A stretch of 62,755 bases of DNA, counting the filler, from Porpidia crustulata (lineage: Eukaryota), in assembly GCA_964255105.1 (NCBI GenBank). It is 5 parts of 5 records of this genome, joined end to end, with 100 filler letters (N's around TTAATTAATTAA, not from the genome) between each part and the next. Parts side by side here need not be neighbours in the genome. Positions count along the whole stretch, not along the records: positions 1 to 12,479 come from CAXUWE010000530.1; 4 more parts are not named here. The stretch is one strand, 5' to 3'. The notes beneath the pieces were generated by a model that saw nothing but the letters and a program-made list of their open reading frames with translations, made no database searches and was not told the DNA's origin. The translations under genes and the position numbers were made by a program. Shown piece after piece: positions 1 through 12,579 of this stretch (the stretch's first letter is position 1; each line of letters opens with the position of its first letter).

Positions 1-1413
1 GTCGGGGAAGGCGCGGCCGTTTTCGTTAAAGAAGGGTCGGAAGTAGTTCAAGGCGGATTTGCTGATGTATTTTGTTAGGTACATGGATACAGCCTTGTCC
101 TGGTGTTTGGGGCGTTTGAAGTAGTTACTGAAGCCTCCGGAGCTGGCCACCCATGCTACTTCGGGGCTGATGGATTGCGTGCCGCCGACGGCTGTGATGT
201 AGGGGCATGTTGGGGGGAACTGCGGAGTGTATTGACGGGTCTTCTTGCCGTCATTTGAAAGACATGGTGCGCCGACTCCGGTGTCTCCTGAGCTTTCGAG
301 GATGGAGAAACCGCGCAGGCCGAGTTGGCCAATCATGTTGCAAACCCGACGAGCGTACTTCTCCGGGACTGTCTGCTCGTCATCGCTGTACGAGTTTGTG
401 ATGACTTGAGGTAGCTCGCTGTTTTGCTTTGAGAGGAGATAGGCATAGTAGTTGAGGTATGGTTCGTTTGTGTTGTTTGCAGCAGTCGGCTCGTCGAGAT
501 TGGGAATGAAAGGCGGGGATCCTCCTGTGATATAACTGACAACAGGCAATGGGTGTGCAATACCAACTATATATTCAACATCGAGATTTGCTTCACCGTG
601 GTTATTACTGACACTCTGGTCGTTGGTGCCACCGTTGATGAGTTCGACTGAAAACACCTGCTGAGGGATGTTGTACTTGGTCTCAAATTGCTGGAGATCT
701 GCAGTGCGTGCTGACTGATTTAAAAAGCTACCGAATGCAATCCTGCTTCCTGACTTTGGATCTGGAGTATAATTGACGTTGTAAAGTTGCTTGAGACATT
801 GTGGGGTGATTAGTGTAGCACAAGACGCGTCAACCTGGCGAGCGGCGATTTCATGTACATTAGCAACCACAGGCGCTTGAGCCTTGGTTTTCCCAAAGAA
901 TGTGGTTGGTGTGATTAGGTCGATATGTTGACTGAGATAATCCGGGACCGAGTATTGGGTTGTCCGAAGCTTTGTGATGCCCTCGCTGCTGTAGTAGTTG
1001 AATTGAGTATTCAATAACTTGTTAGCCGTTGCAATGGTGGTTGCAAAGTTCACCCAAGTCCCATCGCTATATACTGTTGTCACGCCAGCTTGTTTCAACC
1101 AAGACAAGACAGCGTCATTTGCCTCGCTAGTCGGTTGAAGTAGCTTTTTTACGTCGTCGGCTTCCATGAAATCGCCGTACTTGGCGCTACCGGGTGTCGA
1201 GACATCGTATATCAGGGGCTCCAGTTGATCAATATTCTGCTCTTGCAGCCCGATCTGTAGTATTATGGTGCCACTGTCATCAGGCGTAGCCACATGAGCC
1301 CATCCATTTGGAGTGGTCGCCAACTGCTCGTGGATTGCACCGAAAGCTGGAAGTGTAAAGAAAGAGAAAATACCGAGAACTGGAAGCACAGCTGCTAAGG
1401 GAATTGAATACAT
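1..1413 (-). CDS. Secreted sedolisin-family (S53) tripeptidyl-peptidase, 3' end truncated at the contig edge
   Basis: Manual translation from ATG 1413 stays open to base 1 (471 codons; absent from the ORF track because there is no stop). Signal peptide MYSIPLAAVLPVLGIFSFF, prodomain (VSTPGSAKYG), catalytic GEANLDVEY, oxyanion ESSGDTG, FPPTCPYITAVGGT, SSGGFSNYF, GRAFPD. Confidence 0.92.
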   Translation of the reverse strand, partial: MYSIPLAAVLPVLGIFSFFTLPAFGAIHEQLATTPNGWAHVATPDDSGTIILQIGLQEQNIDQLEPLIYDVSTPGSAKYGDFMEADDVKKLLQPTSEANDAVLSWLKQAGVTTVYSDGTWVNFATTIATANKLLNTQFNYYSSEGITKLRTTQYSVPDYLSQHIDLITPTTFFGKTKAQAPVVANVHEIAARQVDASCATLITPQCLKQLYNVNYTPDPKSGSRIAFGSFLNQSARTADLQQFETKYNIPQQVFSVELINGGTNDQSVSNNHGEANLDVEYIVGIAHPLPVVSYITGGSPPFIPNLDEPTAANNTNEPYLNYYAYLLSKQNSELPQVITNSYSDDEQTVPEKYARRVCNMIGQLGLRGFSILESSGDTGVGAPCLSNDGKKTRQYTPQFPPTCPYITAVGGTQSISPEVAWVASSGGFSNYFKRPKHQDKAVSMYLTKYISKSALNYFRPFFNENGRAFPD

Positions 1414-1959
1414 GAGGACAGATCAGGATCGAGACCACTATACACAGAGAAGAGATTTCGAATGAGAAAGTAAAGACGAAAGTACACAGATTTAATGACA
1501 TCTTAAGAAGCACAGGATCACAGTTGGAAAGCAGATAGCGAGATGTTGTTCCTGTGGCATCCTCCGTCATTCAGATCTGCGGAGCCGCTTCAGGAAGGCG
1601 GTTAGAAGTGGATGAGGAGACATCAGACCTCCCATGTTTGATTTAGGAAGGACGTTAGGCTTAATAGGAAGGACACACGACTCTGACTCTGGTACCTGCG
1701 TTAAGACACTCCGTGTACTTCGGAGATGAAGGCGACCGAAGCTTGCCATCACGAACAGATCTCTGTCTACCTCGGCTGACTGCTCAAGTCCTGCGAACCT
1801 TTCATCTCCGCACGATAGACGAAGATTCGGACCTCAAGCAGTCCAGTCATGAGCAATCGAGCGTCATTCAATCTCCACTCGCTTGACGAAGAAGTTAGAA
1901 GGTGAGGTAAAAGTGGACGATTGCGACGATGCAGGATCAATGATCCTACTAGTACGTCA

Positions 1960-2500
1960 CTGACTAAATAACTGAGATTTCGCCTTAATATTTCATTCAA
2001 CTCAAGATCTTCTACGAATACGCTCGTATTAGTCTATTTCTTTATAATCTTTGCAATTGATCAATCTACAAGTCTTGAGAAGCAGACAGCCTTGCATTTA
2101 ATTTATTAACGTTCAGTGAAGTGATTATGACGATGCTATCGATTTCTTCAACTGTGTACACTCTTAAATCGTCCCGATTCTACGACGAAGGATTAATGCG
2201 TCTCTCTTATTCGTCGACGATGCAGAACTTTACGTTAAAGTACGTCGTATTCATGTTATCATTAAACGATGATAGCGAAGAGTTGTTGAGAATTTCATTT
2301 TGAGCGACATTAAAATCAATTTTAACACTTTAGATGCTGATCGAGCAGCTAACAAATCAGATTCAGAGCAGACTCGAGATAATAAAATGAATGTGACTTC
2401 AGACAATACTCACGAGAAGCGAATGATGTGCATCTGATGATGCAGTAGCATAAAATCTGACACTTGCGTTCGATAACTTCAGATCGTAAAATGTAGCCAT
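1960..2500. repeat. AT-shifted, CC/GG-depleted tract; probable hypermutated repeat or transposon relic
   Basis: No CC or GG between 2192 and 2496 and very few from ~1990 onward. CG, CA and TG are retained. No intact ORF. Confidence 0.5.
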
Positions 2501-2502
2501 AG

Positions 2503-4265
2503 CTGCTAGATGACCTGTTCTTCACTTGCAGCGACGGTCGCCGACTGTCATCTTATGATGAGTTATGTAAGCTTTTTTTTTTGCAATGATCAATAATGTC
2601 GGCGAGCTGTGCATCGTGATCGATGCGCTTGACAAGAGCACGAGTCGACAAGGTGGCAGCACTGCGAACTTGGTTGGCAGCGATACTGGGAACTAAAGCT
2701 GTGACGATTCGAATCGTTGCGACGAGCCGACCGGAGCGTGACATCGAATGTAGAATGGATAACCTAGGGAGGTCTGCGAAACGGGTCTCTATCAGGGCGA
2801 GAGGGTTGAGCAAGACATTCGTTCATATACGCGTTTCTGTCTACACAAGGACCTGGAGCTTCGTGTATGACAAGCCCAAAGAGAGGTACAAGATGAGATC
2901 GATTCATCGACGTTATGTAACGCGGATAGCATGTGAGTGTGAAGTAAAAGCTAGGAAGCCTTCTGCTAACTTATATGGCAAAGGTTCCGTCTGATTGCCT
3001 GCTGATTAAATGTGCTCCGAGACTGTATCAGCTTGGAAGAACGTCGGAAAGAGCTGTCTTGTCTTCCTCGGGACCTAAACGAGGTATTTGAAATAATGTT
3101 TTTAAGTATCCAGACCTTTCGGCGCCAAGCCGCTATCAGGATAGTACAGCTACTGCTCTACTCATCACGGCCATTGAAAGTGAGTGAGCTTCTTGACGCT
3201 GTTGCATTAGATACCGAGGGCGATATCCCTGTTGACAAGAGTCGTGGGCCGATAAGAGCAATGGATATTGCAGTTTACTGCTCAAGTCTGACTGTCCTAG
3301 TAAGAGATGAGGAGGTACCTCAGTCTCTGATAAAGGCACGTTATCGTCGAAGTAACAACTCTGAGCCTATTCTCCAGCTAGCGCCCTTTTCGGTGAAGGA
3401 GTATCTGAAATCAGCGAATATTAAGATCGGCTTTTGTGGCGATTCACAAGAGCAAAGGGCGGAACAAACCTTCGCAGAGGTCTGTGTGACCTGCCTGCTC
3501 CGGATTAAAGATAACAATACGGCTGAGCTTATCCGACATCAATTTCCCTTTGCGCAGTACTGTTCAGAGAACTGTTATATCTACATTGCCATGCCAAGAA
3601 CGGAGCCTAATAGACTTCATACTAGAATAATGGAGCTGCTGAACTGGAACGAAGTTTCTTTTGCTAACTCGATCTGTCTTCACCCAATGGATCGGCGCGG
3701 GCGACTCAAAGACGCAAGCCATGGACTTGCACCTCCGCTATATTATGCCTCGTTTTCAGGCCTGTCCATTGAGGTAGGGGCACTCCTTGACCAGGGCGCA
3801 AATTTCAATGCAGAAGGGGGAGAGTACGGCAATGCTCCACAAGCTGCTTCTTTTAAAGGGCATAATGAGATCGTGGAGATGCTCCTAGCCAATGGCGCAA
3901 ATGTCAAAGCGCAGAGCGGACTTTGCGGCACTGCTCCACAGGCTGCTTCTTCTAAAGGGCACGATAAGATTGTGAAGATGCTCCTAACTTGTGACGCGAC
4001 TGTTAAGGCGCCAAGCAGATGCTATAGACCCGATTGTGATGCTCTGCAGGCTTCTTCTTCAGGAGGGCACGATAAGATCGTCGAGATGCTCCTAGCTAAG
4101 GGCGCAAATGCTAACGCCCGGAGCAGACGCTATAGCAGTGCCCCCCAGGCTGCTTCTTCAGGAGGGCACGACAAGATTGTCGAGATGTTTCTAGAGGGCC
4201 AGCACACGCACGGTCGTAGGCTAAGGGACTATAGCAACCTTTTCACGGTCAGAACTTCTGCATGA
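2503..4265 (+). pseudogene. Fungal NLR-like NACHT-WHD-ankyrin gene, 5'-truncated and frameshifted
   Basis: NACHT remnants lie in shifting frames: LDDLFFTCSDGRRLSSYDELCKLF, Walker-B ELCIVIDALDK, RIVATSRPERDI, EQDIRSY..., ADSM|intron|FRLIAC*LNVLRDC. ORF 3012-4265 then gives a winged-helix region (RPLKVSELLDAVA) and ~4-5 ankyrin repeats (GANxNAxGxxYGxAxQAASxxGHxxIVEMLL). Confidence 0.8.
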
Positions 4266-4496
4266 CACGTCTGCTTATTCTGCGCAACTGCAAAGGTTCG
4301 ATATTCCTCCCTAGGAATCTTGCAGCTATGTTAGTGCAGCCCGTTTCTCTCGCGCTATAACGTAAAGAGATTCGTGTGTCCGTTCTGGTCTCGTATAAAT
4401 CTAGGTAGCAAGACAATGTCTTCTCGAATCTCATTAGATGCTCCGAGTACGGCATAGTATATCCGTAATGCGTGTGTGCCGATTCCCAGTCAGAGG

Positions 4497-5281
4497 CTAA
4501 GGCCTGCGAGCCAAAGCAATGCAGCTAAAACGAAGGCTCTCTCCTCCTCCATCCGCGTTCAACTTGATGATCCTCTTGATGCCCATGTCAAGCGTTCGCG
4601 GACTGAGAACGTCCTCGTCATCAGCAAGACTTCCTCTCTCCAAAGGACCCTTCCTCGACCCTTCAAGCTCCCAGAGCTTCCCACCGGTCGTGACAAAACT
4701 CACAAAATGCCCACCATTACGCTCACTCGTCGGATCCGCATAGCTGTCGCCGGCCTGCTCGACCGACTTGTGAGCAAGTTCGAATGGCTCGCTGTTGTAC
4801 AGCATTTCGGCGCGTTTGGTCATATTCAGCGGTATGGCGAGGCTTCGTATCGCCGCGAGATCGGAATCACGCTTGATAAAATCGACGGCCGGACCGTTGA
4901 TCAAGCTATGGAGCAGACCGATCGAGCCGCAGGCGTGGCCGATGGTCTGCTTGAACCAGATGACCGGCTCGTCAGGGCCGGAGCCAGTGTAGGGTTCTTT
5001 GTTAGCGTCTTCGGCCTTGCGACTTCGATCCCAAGCTGATGTGAGCGGAATGATGACCAGCAGAGCCAGGGCAGGTCGAGGGATATGTGCGAGTTGTTCA
5101 GGTCCATCCAGGGAATAGACGTCATAGAATTGGAGCTCGGATGAGAGACCCAACTTCGTTGCCAATTGGTTCATTACTTCGGGGTTGTTCTCTGCCATTT
5201 GCGATGAGTCTCTACTCAAAAACAATTCGTCCATGAGAGCTTAGGTCCCTTACCAAGCATTGCCCATGTCTTCTTTTCCAT
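4497..5281 (-). CDS. Ubiquitin C-terminal hydrolase, peptidase C12 (UCH-L3/Yuh1-like)
   Basis: Exon 1 5281-5254 (MEKKTWAML), intron 5253-5192 (GTAAGG...CAG), exon 2 to 4497. Motifs LENNPEV, KQTIGHACG, GHFVSFV, LWELEG. Confidence 0.9.
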
Positions 5282-6116
5282 TTTGGGGAATCAATAGACG
5301 GAGGAAGTCGAAAAGTCAGAAATGTTGGCAGGAAAGAGATGGTGTAGAGATTGCAGGATCTGATTTCTTAGAGCTATCGCAAAACAGGGCACCCAACAGT
5401 AGCTGTACTGTGCAAGGTCAGCTGACACCCCTTCCTGTAAGGTCAGCTTACACCATGTTGGCATATCAGCACTCCATGGTGCTGATTTCATTGGGATTTC
5501 CGGCCCTACCAGGCTAGCCTTATCTCATTCGCTTATCTAGCGCTAGTGGGACTGCAGAGTTTTCACCTCTCCAGGCCCCCTGTCGATATAAACCACATTC
5601 ATGATCATCATAATTGCTTCATTTTTGACTAATTGCATGTACTGCTATACTTGACCTGCCAACACACCACACGGAGATTCTGGACAGACAACTGCCAGCG
5701 CGTAATCGCCTCCCGGATCTCGCTTGATGACGAGCCGCCCTCGCTTCTGTTCGGGCGGATCTCGTCAAAGGCTTCATTGGCGCTACAGATTGGTGATCTG
5801 CACCCATCTGCTCTGTCCTTCACTTTCTTGCAGTAGCAGACACGCATATACGATCAGCGTGCGTCTCCCGAAGAACGTAGCCATGTGCGCATATTTCGGC
5901 ATCACTCTCGTGCCTCTTTGAAATAGCCCTTCGCCATCATGATGATGATCGTAGCACACACGCCGCAACGATCCCCTACGATGTCGAGAGCGTTCGACAA
6001 CACTTTCCAGCATTGCGCGGAGAGAGGATTCCCCTCAACAATGCCACAGCTAGCTTGGTGTATGAAGGCGCTGTCAAGGCGTAAGTATGGTTCATTCACC
6101 TTTCAATATCTATAGT

Positions 6117-6390
6117 TCACACTGCTTTTTCTGGAAGGAGAAGCGAAAAAAACTTCTTGCCTTGCATCGACCATGGACCGTCAGTGGTTGTCACTCTTGA
6201 GAAACTGGCACATTTAAATCTTACCCATTTGAACCCTTCCTCGATCGTCTCTGCGGTAATTGAAGTGTTAATGAGGCGCATGACACCGTGTTTTTGAAGT
6301 TCTGCAGTAATCGTAGCGGCCAATTTAGCGCGGTCAGCTTCGATTGCATTGTAGAAGGTGGAGAAATCAAAAACCGACGTAGTAACCATG
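6117..6390 (-). pseudogene. N-terminal fragment of a 2OG-Fe(II) dioxygenase (DIOX_N / IPNS-like)
   Basis: MVTTSVFDFSTFYNAIEADRAKLAATITAELQKHGVMRLIN...EEGFKW|GT-AG intron|GKKFFSLLLPEK then a stop. No recognisable HxD...H catalytic domain downstream. Confidence 0.55.
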
Positions 6391-7232
6391 CGTCGCACGG
6401 AGTCAATATTGTGTCTCACCATTTTGTGCATCCACCTTTGACGCCTGTTGAATTCAAAGCTGATGGCTGTCTTTGATCCGAGTTGAAGTTAAGCCAGTCA
6501 AACGGATCCAGTTTTACAAAATGTCAAGCTCCAATAATACATCAGAGCTATACGAGAACCTGAGATAATGTCTGTTAGTCCGTCTAAGTTATCAATATTC
6601 TCCCTCCCCTATGCATTGTGCCCGGCTCATGGCGATGAACATGGGCACCGGCAAAGAGGGTTTGTTGCATGATGTCTTGGTCTAGTTGATATTGATACGA
6701 CAAGGTAGCCAGACAGTATAGCAAAGGAAACACCGTAGTCATTCAGATTTGTAGCTGGGTCTAAGAGTGCGAATAGAACACACGCGATCGCCCGGATCGT
6801 GTAGTCTTTGTGCGAATGACAAAACTTCTTGGACCGGCAAAGGAAACATGGAGATCTCTTTAGAGTTCTTCACAACTGACAAGACGCTTCGCGACAGAGT
6901 ACAACAGAGACTTCTGTATGATAATATCGCATTTTCCGTCACTATGATGCTGCCACTGTAAGAGGCGCGAGAGGCTATTGCCATTGACAGATGTCTTGAA
7001 TCTCATCTAGCGTGTCGGGTATACCAGACATCTCTCAGTCATGTGTTGAGACACGGTTGCTTGAGAACCATTTATCAAACATGTGTATCTTGATAAAAAC
7101 ACTAGGGTAAGGTGTAGGGTCGGCGCTAGAGTAGATGTTCTCGTCGATCTCCCGAGATCTTTCAGCCTCATGAGATTCCGTCCCACCGAAATGGATTTCT
7201 GTGTCTTTCTGGAGTCACCCAGTTGGTGATAT

Positions 7233-10200
7233 ATGCCTACTACAAGACTGACCGCATTCACTCGCTCTGTCAAATTCATCCCTTATTCCTTATTCACTCG
7301 AACCCCAAATAAATCGGCATACACCTCTTTACATTTCCCATCTCCCAACCACGCCTGGACGCGTCTCGCCTCCGTCATGGCTCCTATAGAGAGGTTGGCG
7401 GACAAACTTGAAACCTCAGAGCTCGATGATAGATCCTATAGAGTTGTAAGACTACCAAATAAATTGGAGGCACTCCTCGTTCACGACCCAGACACAGACA
7501 AAGCTAGCGCGTCCGTCAACGTCAAGGTTGGCAGCTTCAGCGATGCGGATGACATGCCTGGCATGGCCCATGCAGTGGAGCATCTCCTCTTCATGGGTAC
7601 TGAAAAGGTGGGTGCCCCTAATCACTCCAGGTGACGTTCTAATGCTCGTTAGTATCCCGTCGAGAACGCTTACAGCCAGTACCTAAGCGCGCATTCTGGC
7701 TCTTCCAACGCGTACACAGCTTCCACAGAGACAAATTATTTCTTCGAGGTAGCAGCGTCCTCGGGAGTAGGATCAGATTCCACCCCTAACGGTTCTATCA
7801 CCAATGGTTCTGCTACCAACGGTACAATCTCATCACCATTATATGGAGCCTTGGATCGCTTTGCCCAATTTTTCATAGCCCCTCTGTTCCTTTCCTCGAC
7901 TCTTGACCGAGAGCTGAAGGCTGTCGATTCTGAGAATAAGAAGAATCTACAAAGCGACAACTGGCGTCTTTCACAACTTAGTAAATCGCTATCGAATCCG
8001 AAGCATCCCTACCACCATTTCTCTACCGGCAACTTAGAGACACTTCGAGATGAACCTAGAAAAAGGGGCGTCGAGATCAGAGAGGAGTTCATGCAGTTTC
8101 ATGACAAGCACTATTCGGCCAACCGGATGAAGCTGGTTGTGCTGGGCCGCGAATCTCTGGATAAATTGGAATCATGGGTTGGGGATTTATTTTCCGGTGT
8201 GCAGAACAAGGACCTACCCCCGAATCGTTGGGAAGGAGTGCTACCCTATTCTGAGAAGGAGTCTCTGACCCAGATATTCGCCAAGCCTGTGATGGACTCA
8301 AGACTGTTAGACATTTACTTTCCATTTCAAGACGAAGAAGACATGTACGAATCACAGCCAAGCCGCTACATCAGCCATCTCATTGGTCACGAAGGCCCTG
8401 GTAGCATCCTTGCGTACATAAAGGCCAAAGGCTGGGCGAATGGTCTGTCCGCAGGTGCGATGCCTGTTTGTGCCGGAGCTGCCTTTTTCACGATCTCCAT
8501 ACGACTTACCGAGGATGGCTTAAAAGAGTACCAGGAGGTAGTCAAGGCTGTTTTCCAATACATATCCTTGATCAAGGAGGTCCCTCCTCAGCAATGGATA
8601 TTCGACGAAGTCAAAGGAATGGCCGAGGTTGATTTCAGATTCCAAGAAAAAAGCCCCGCGAGCAGTTTCACAAGTAGAATCAGTAGTGTTATGCAGAAAT
8701 CCTTGCCCCGGGAGTGGTTATTGAGTGGCTCTAGCCTTCTCAGAAAATTCGATTCCTCGGCAATCACCAATGCTTTGTCGTATCTCAAGACTGATAATTA
8801 CCGGCTTACAATCGTGAGCCAGCAGTTCCCTGGAGACTGGGATCAGAAGGAAAAATGGTACGGCACGGAATACAGATTGCAGCAGATTGATGCCGATTTC
8901 GAGGCCGCCGTAAGAAAGGCTGGCGAAAGCACAGCGAGAGACCGAATTTCAGATCTATTTCTACCACATAAGAACGAGTTCATTCCAACAAAGTTAACGG
9001 TAGAGAAGAGGGATGTGGCAGAACCGTTGAAGGCTCCTAAGCTTATCCGCAACGATGAGACTGTTCGCACTTGGTGGAAGAAGGACGATCGATTCTGGGT
9101 ACCAAAAGGCAATGTCTTTGTCACTCTCAGAAACCCGCTGGTGGGTGCAACACCTGCTACTTCTGTCAAAGCGAACATGTTCTGTGAGCTCGTCAAAGAT
9201 GCTCTAATCGAATACTCGTATGATGCTGAAATCGCTGGACTGTACTACGGACTTGGAGCTTCTAGCATTGGATTGGACATTGATGTCAGCGGATATAGCG
9301 ACAAGCTCAGTGTATTACTAGAAAAGGTCCTTGTGAGCATGAGAGACCTCAAGGTTGATGAAGACCGTTTCAAGATTGTAAAGGAGCGTGTCGTCCGAGG
9401 GTATCGAAACAGAGACTTTCAAACCCCTTATCATCAGGTCGGCGACTTCTCGCGCTGGCTTGCTTCAGAGAAGGGATGGATCAGTGAGCAGTATCTAGCC
9501 GAGCTTATCCATATTACAGCAAGCGACATCTCTACCTTCTTTCCGCAACTTCTCCGTCAAATGCATATCGAGGTCCTTGCCCATGGGAATATCTACAAAG
9601 AGGACGGACTTCGAATGACGAACCTTATAGAATCTACATTCAGACCCCGTTCACTACCTCAAGCATTGTGGCAAGTCCGTAGGAATCTTATCCTACCGCA
9701 AGGTAGCGACTTCACGTATCAGCGTATACTACGAGATCCCGCCAATATCAATCACGCCATTGAGTACTACGTATATGTCGGCGACGCTGCCGATCGAGTT
9801 TTGAGGGCAAAACTACTACTTCTAGGCCAAATGGCCGAGGAGCCAGGTTTTGACCAACTTCGCACCAAAGAGCAGCTCGGCTACGTCGTATGGACCGGCC
9901 CAAAGTTATCGGTAACAACTATGGGCTTTCGAGTGATCATACAGTCCGAGCGTCCAACGGAATACTTGGAGGAGCGCATCAATGCATTCCTGGTATTCCT
10001 CGCTAAATCATTCGAAAAAATGCCGATGGACGAATTTGAAAGCCACAAGAAGAGTCTCATCAATAAACGATTGGAGAAGATTAAGAACCTCAATCAAGAA
10101 GGCGATCGCTTTTGGAACCACATTGGATGTGAATACTTTGATTTCCTTCAAATTGAGCATGATGTCGAAAATTTAAAGCCATTGATAAAGGAAGAAGTAA

Positions 10201-10733
10201 TAGCTTTTTTCGATTACTATATCCACCCCACCTCTTCAACTCGTGCAAAACTGTCAGTACACATGATTGCACAGAGCTCGCCTAAGACAGTAGCGGGTAG
10301 CATGACTGGGGAAGAGAAGAAGGAAAAAGTAATTTCTCTATTAGTGAAATACCTTACCGCTATGGGCATCCAAGCAGATATCGAAATTCTGTCCCAGCGT
10401 CTCGGTCATGTCGACATCGCTGCCGGTGACCAAGCCGGCATCATTACCGCTGTATCGAAATACCTCCATTCCGATGCCTCGGTGGCAGAAGAGGAGTCCT
10501 CGCAAATCCTAGAGCAAGGCCAACAGCTGCTTGCAACCGCATTACCAAGTCTCGGTATCGAGGTGCGCCAGGAGATTGATGGGGAGGCGGGGGACCTACC
10601 GGAAGTGCCGGTGATGACGAAGACGACGTTCATCGAGAATGTGCATGAGTTCAAAGCAGGATTGGTCGCGAGTCAAGGACCGAGGGCTGTGGTGGATCTG
10701 AGTGAGTTTGAAGAGAGCGAGCCAAAGTTATGA
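7233..10733 (+). CDS. STE23: Insulin-degrading enzyme / a-factor processing metallopeptidase Ste23 (M16A)
   Basis: HAVEH inverted zinc motif (PGMAHAVEHLLFMGTEK). Intron 7608-7652; exon 2 joins in frame to ORF 7851-10733 (FDQLRTKEQLGY). Second in-frame ATG at 7377. Confidence 0.95.
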
Positions 10734-11213
10734 GCGAGCTGTTGTTTTCGGCTTCTTTTCGACCTGGTATTGTATATGACGGAAATGGGCATAGTAGACG
10801 AAGAACCTACGGTATTGGAGAGACTCTCGGTGACAACCGATTTCGGTTTCTGTTATGAATAATATGACTAGTTTGTAAAAAGTAGTTGAAGACAGGGAAA
10901 AGTTTACGACTGCCTTATTTCCAGGGAATTAGGTTGGTAATTTTGAAAGTAAGCGCTAGATAGATTACAGTAGTGTAATTAATTGAGGCTTGCGATGCTC
11001 GGCAATTAGCCGCGTGCCGCCCTAATATAAACGCACCCGTGGCATACCGAACCGAGACGAGTCACTTTAACTATCGGCCTCCGATGCGGTCCATCGTTGA
11101 AGCTACTACCCAAGTAATCAAGTGTTACTAGGATGACAGCTTTCAATCGCTGAAGTACACTTTGAACATCTCGTTCCGCTTTTGGCGGCGGCCTCTTCCA
11201 GCAATTAGATACA

Positions 11214-12226
<1,013 letters not shown>

Positions 12227-12479
12227 CATTGGGAGAATCTACCTGTTTTTGAGGTATCTACTTTCATGAAAGTGATTAGCGCCAGGTATTTAGAATATTA
12301 GAGATTCGTGAGCATGAAGATTAAGACTTTTCCTGTATCTTCAATCTGTGAAATCTGGTTTTAAATGGAATAAACAAGTCTACAAAAAATGCAAGTAACG
12401 ATTAGAGCGTGTTGACACAATACTCGACTCTCCGCCCCGCAGACCTGACTTCCTCTAGTCGCCGCAACAATCTCCACCC

Positions 12480-12579
12480 NNNNNNNNNNNNNNNNNNNNN
12501 NNNNNNNNNNNNNNNNNNNNNNNTTAATTAATTAANNNNNNNNNNNNNNNNNNNNNNNNNNNNNNNNNNNNNNNNNNNN
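12480..12579. other. Artificial contig linker (N44-TTAATTAATTAA-N44)
   Basis: The identical 100-bp spacer with six-frame stop codons occurs four times. Confidence 0.98.

Noticed and set aside
4476..5039. Long antisense ORFs (also 26576-27064, 27494-28006, 29229-29858, 38538-39041)
   Set aside because: Shadows of real genes on the opposite strand; no independent motifs.
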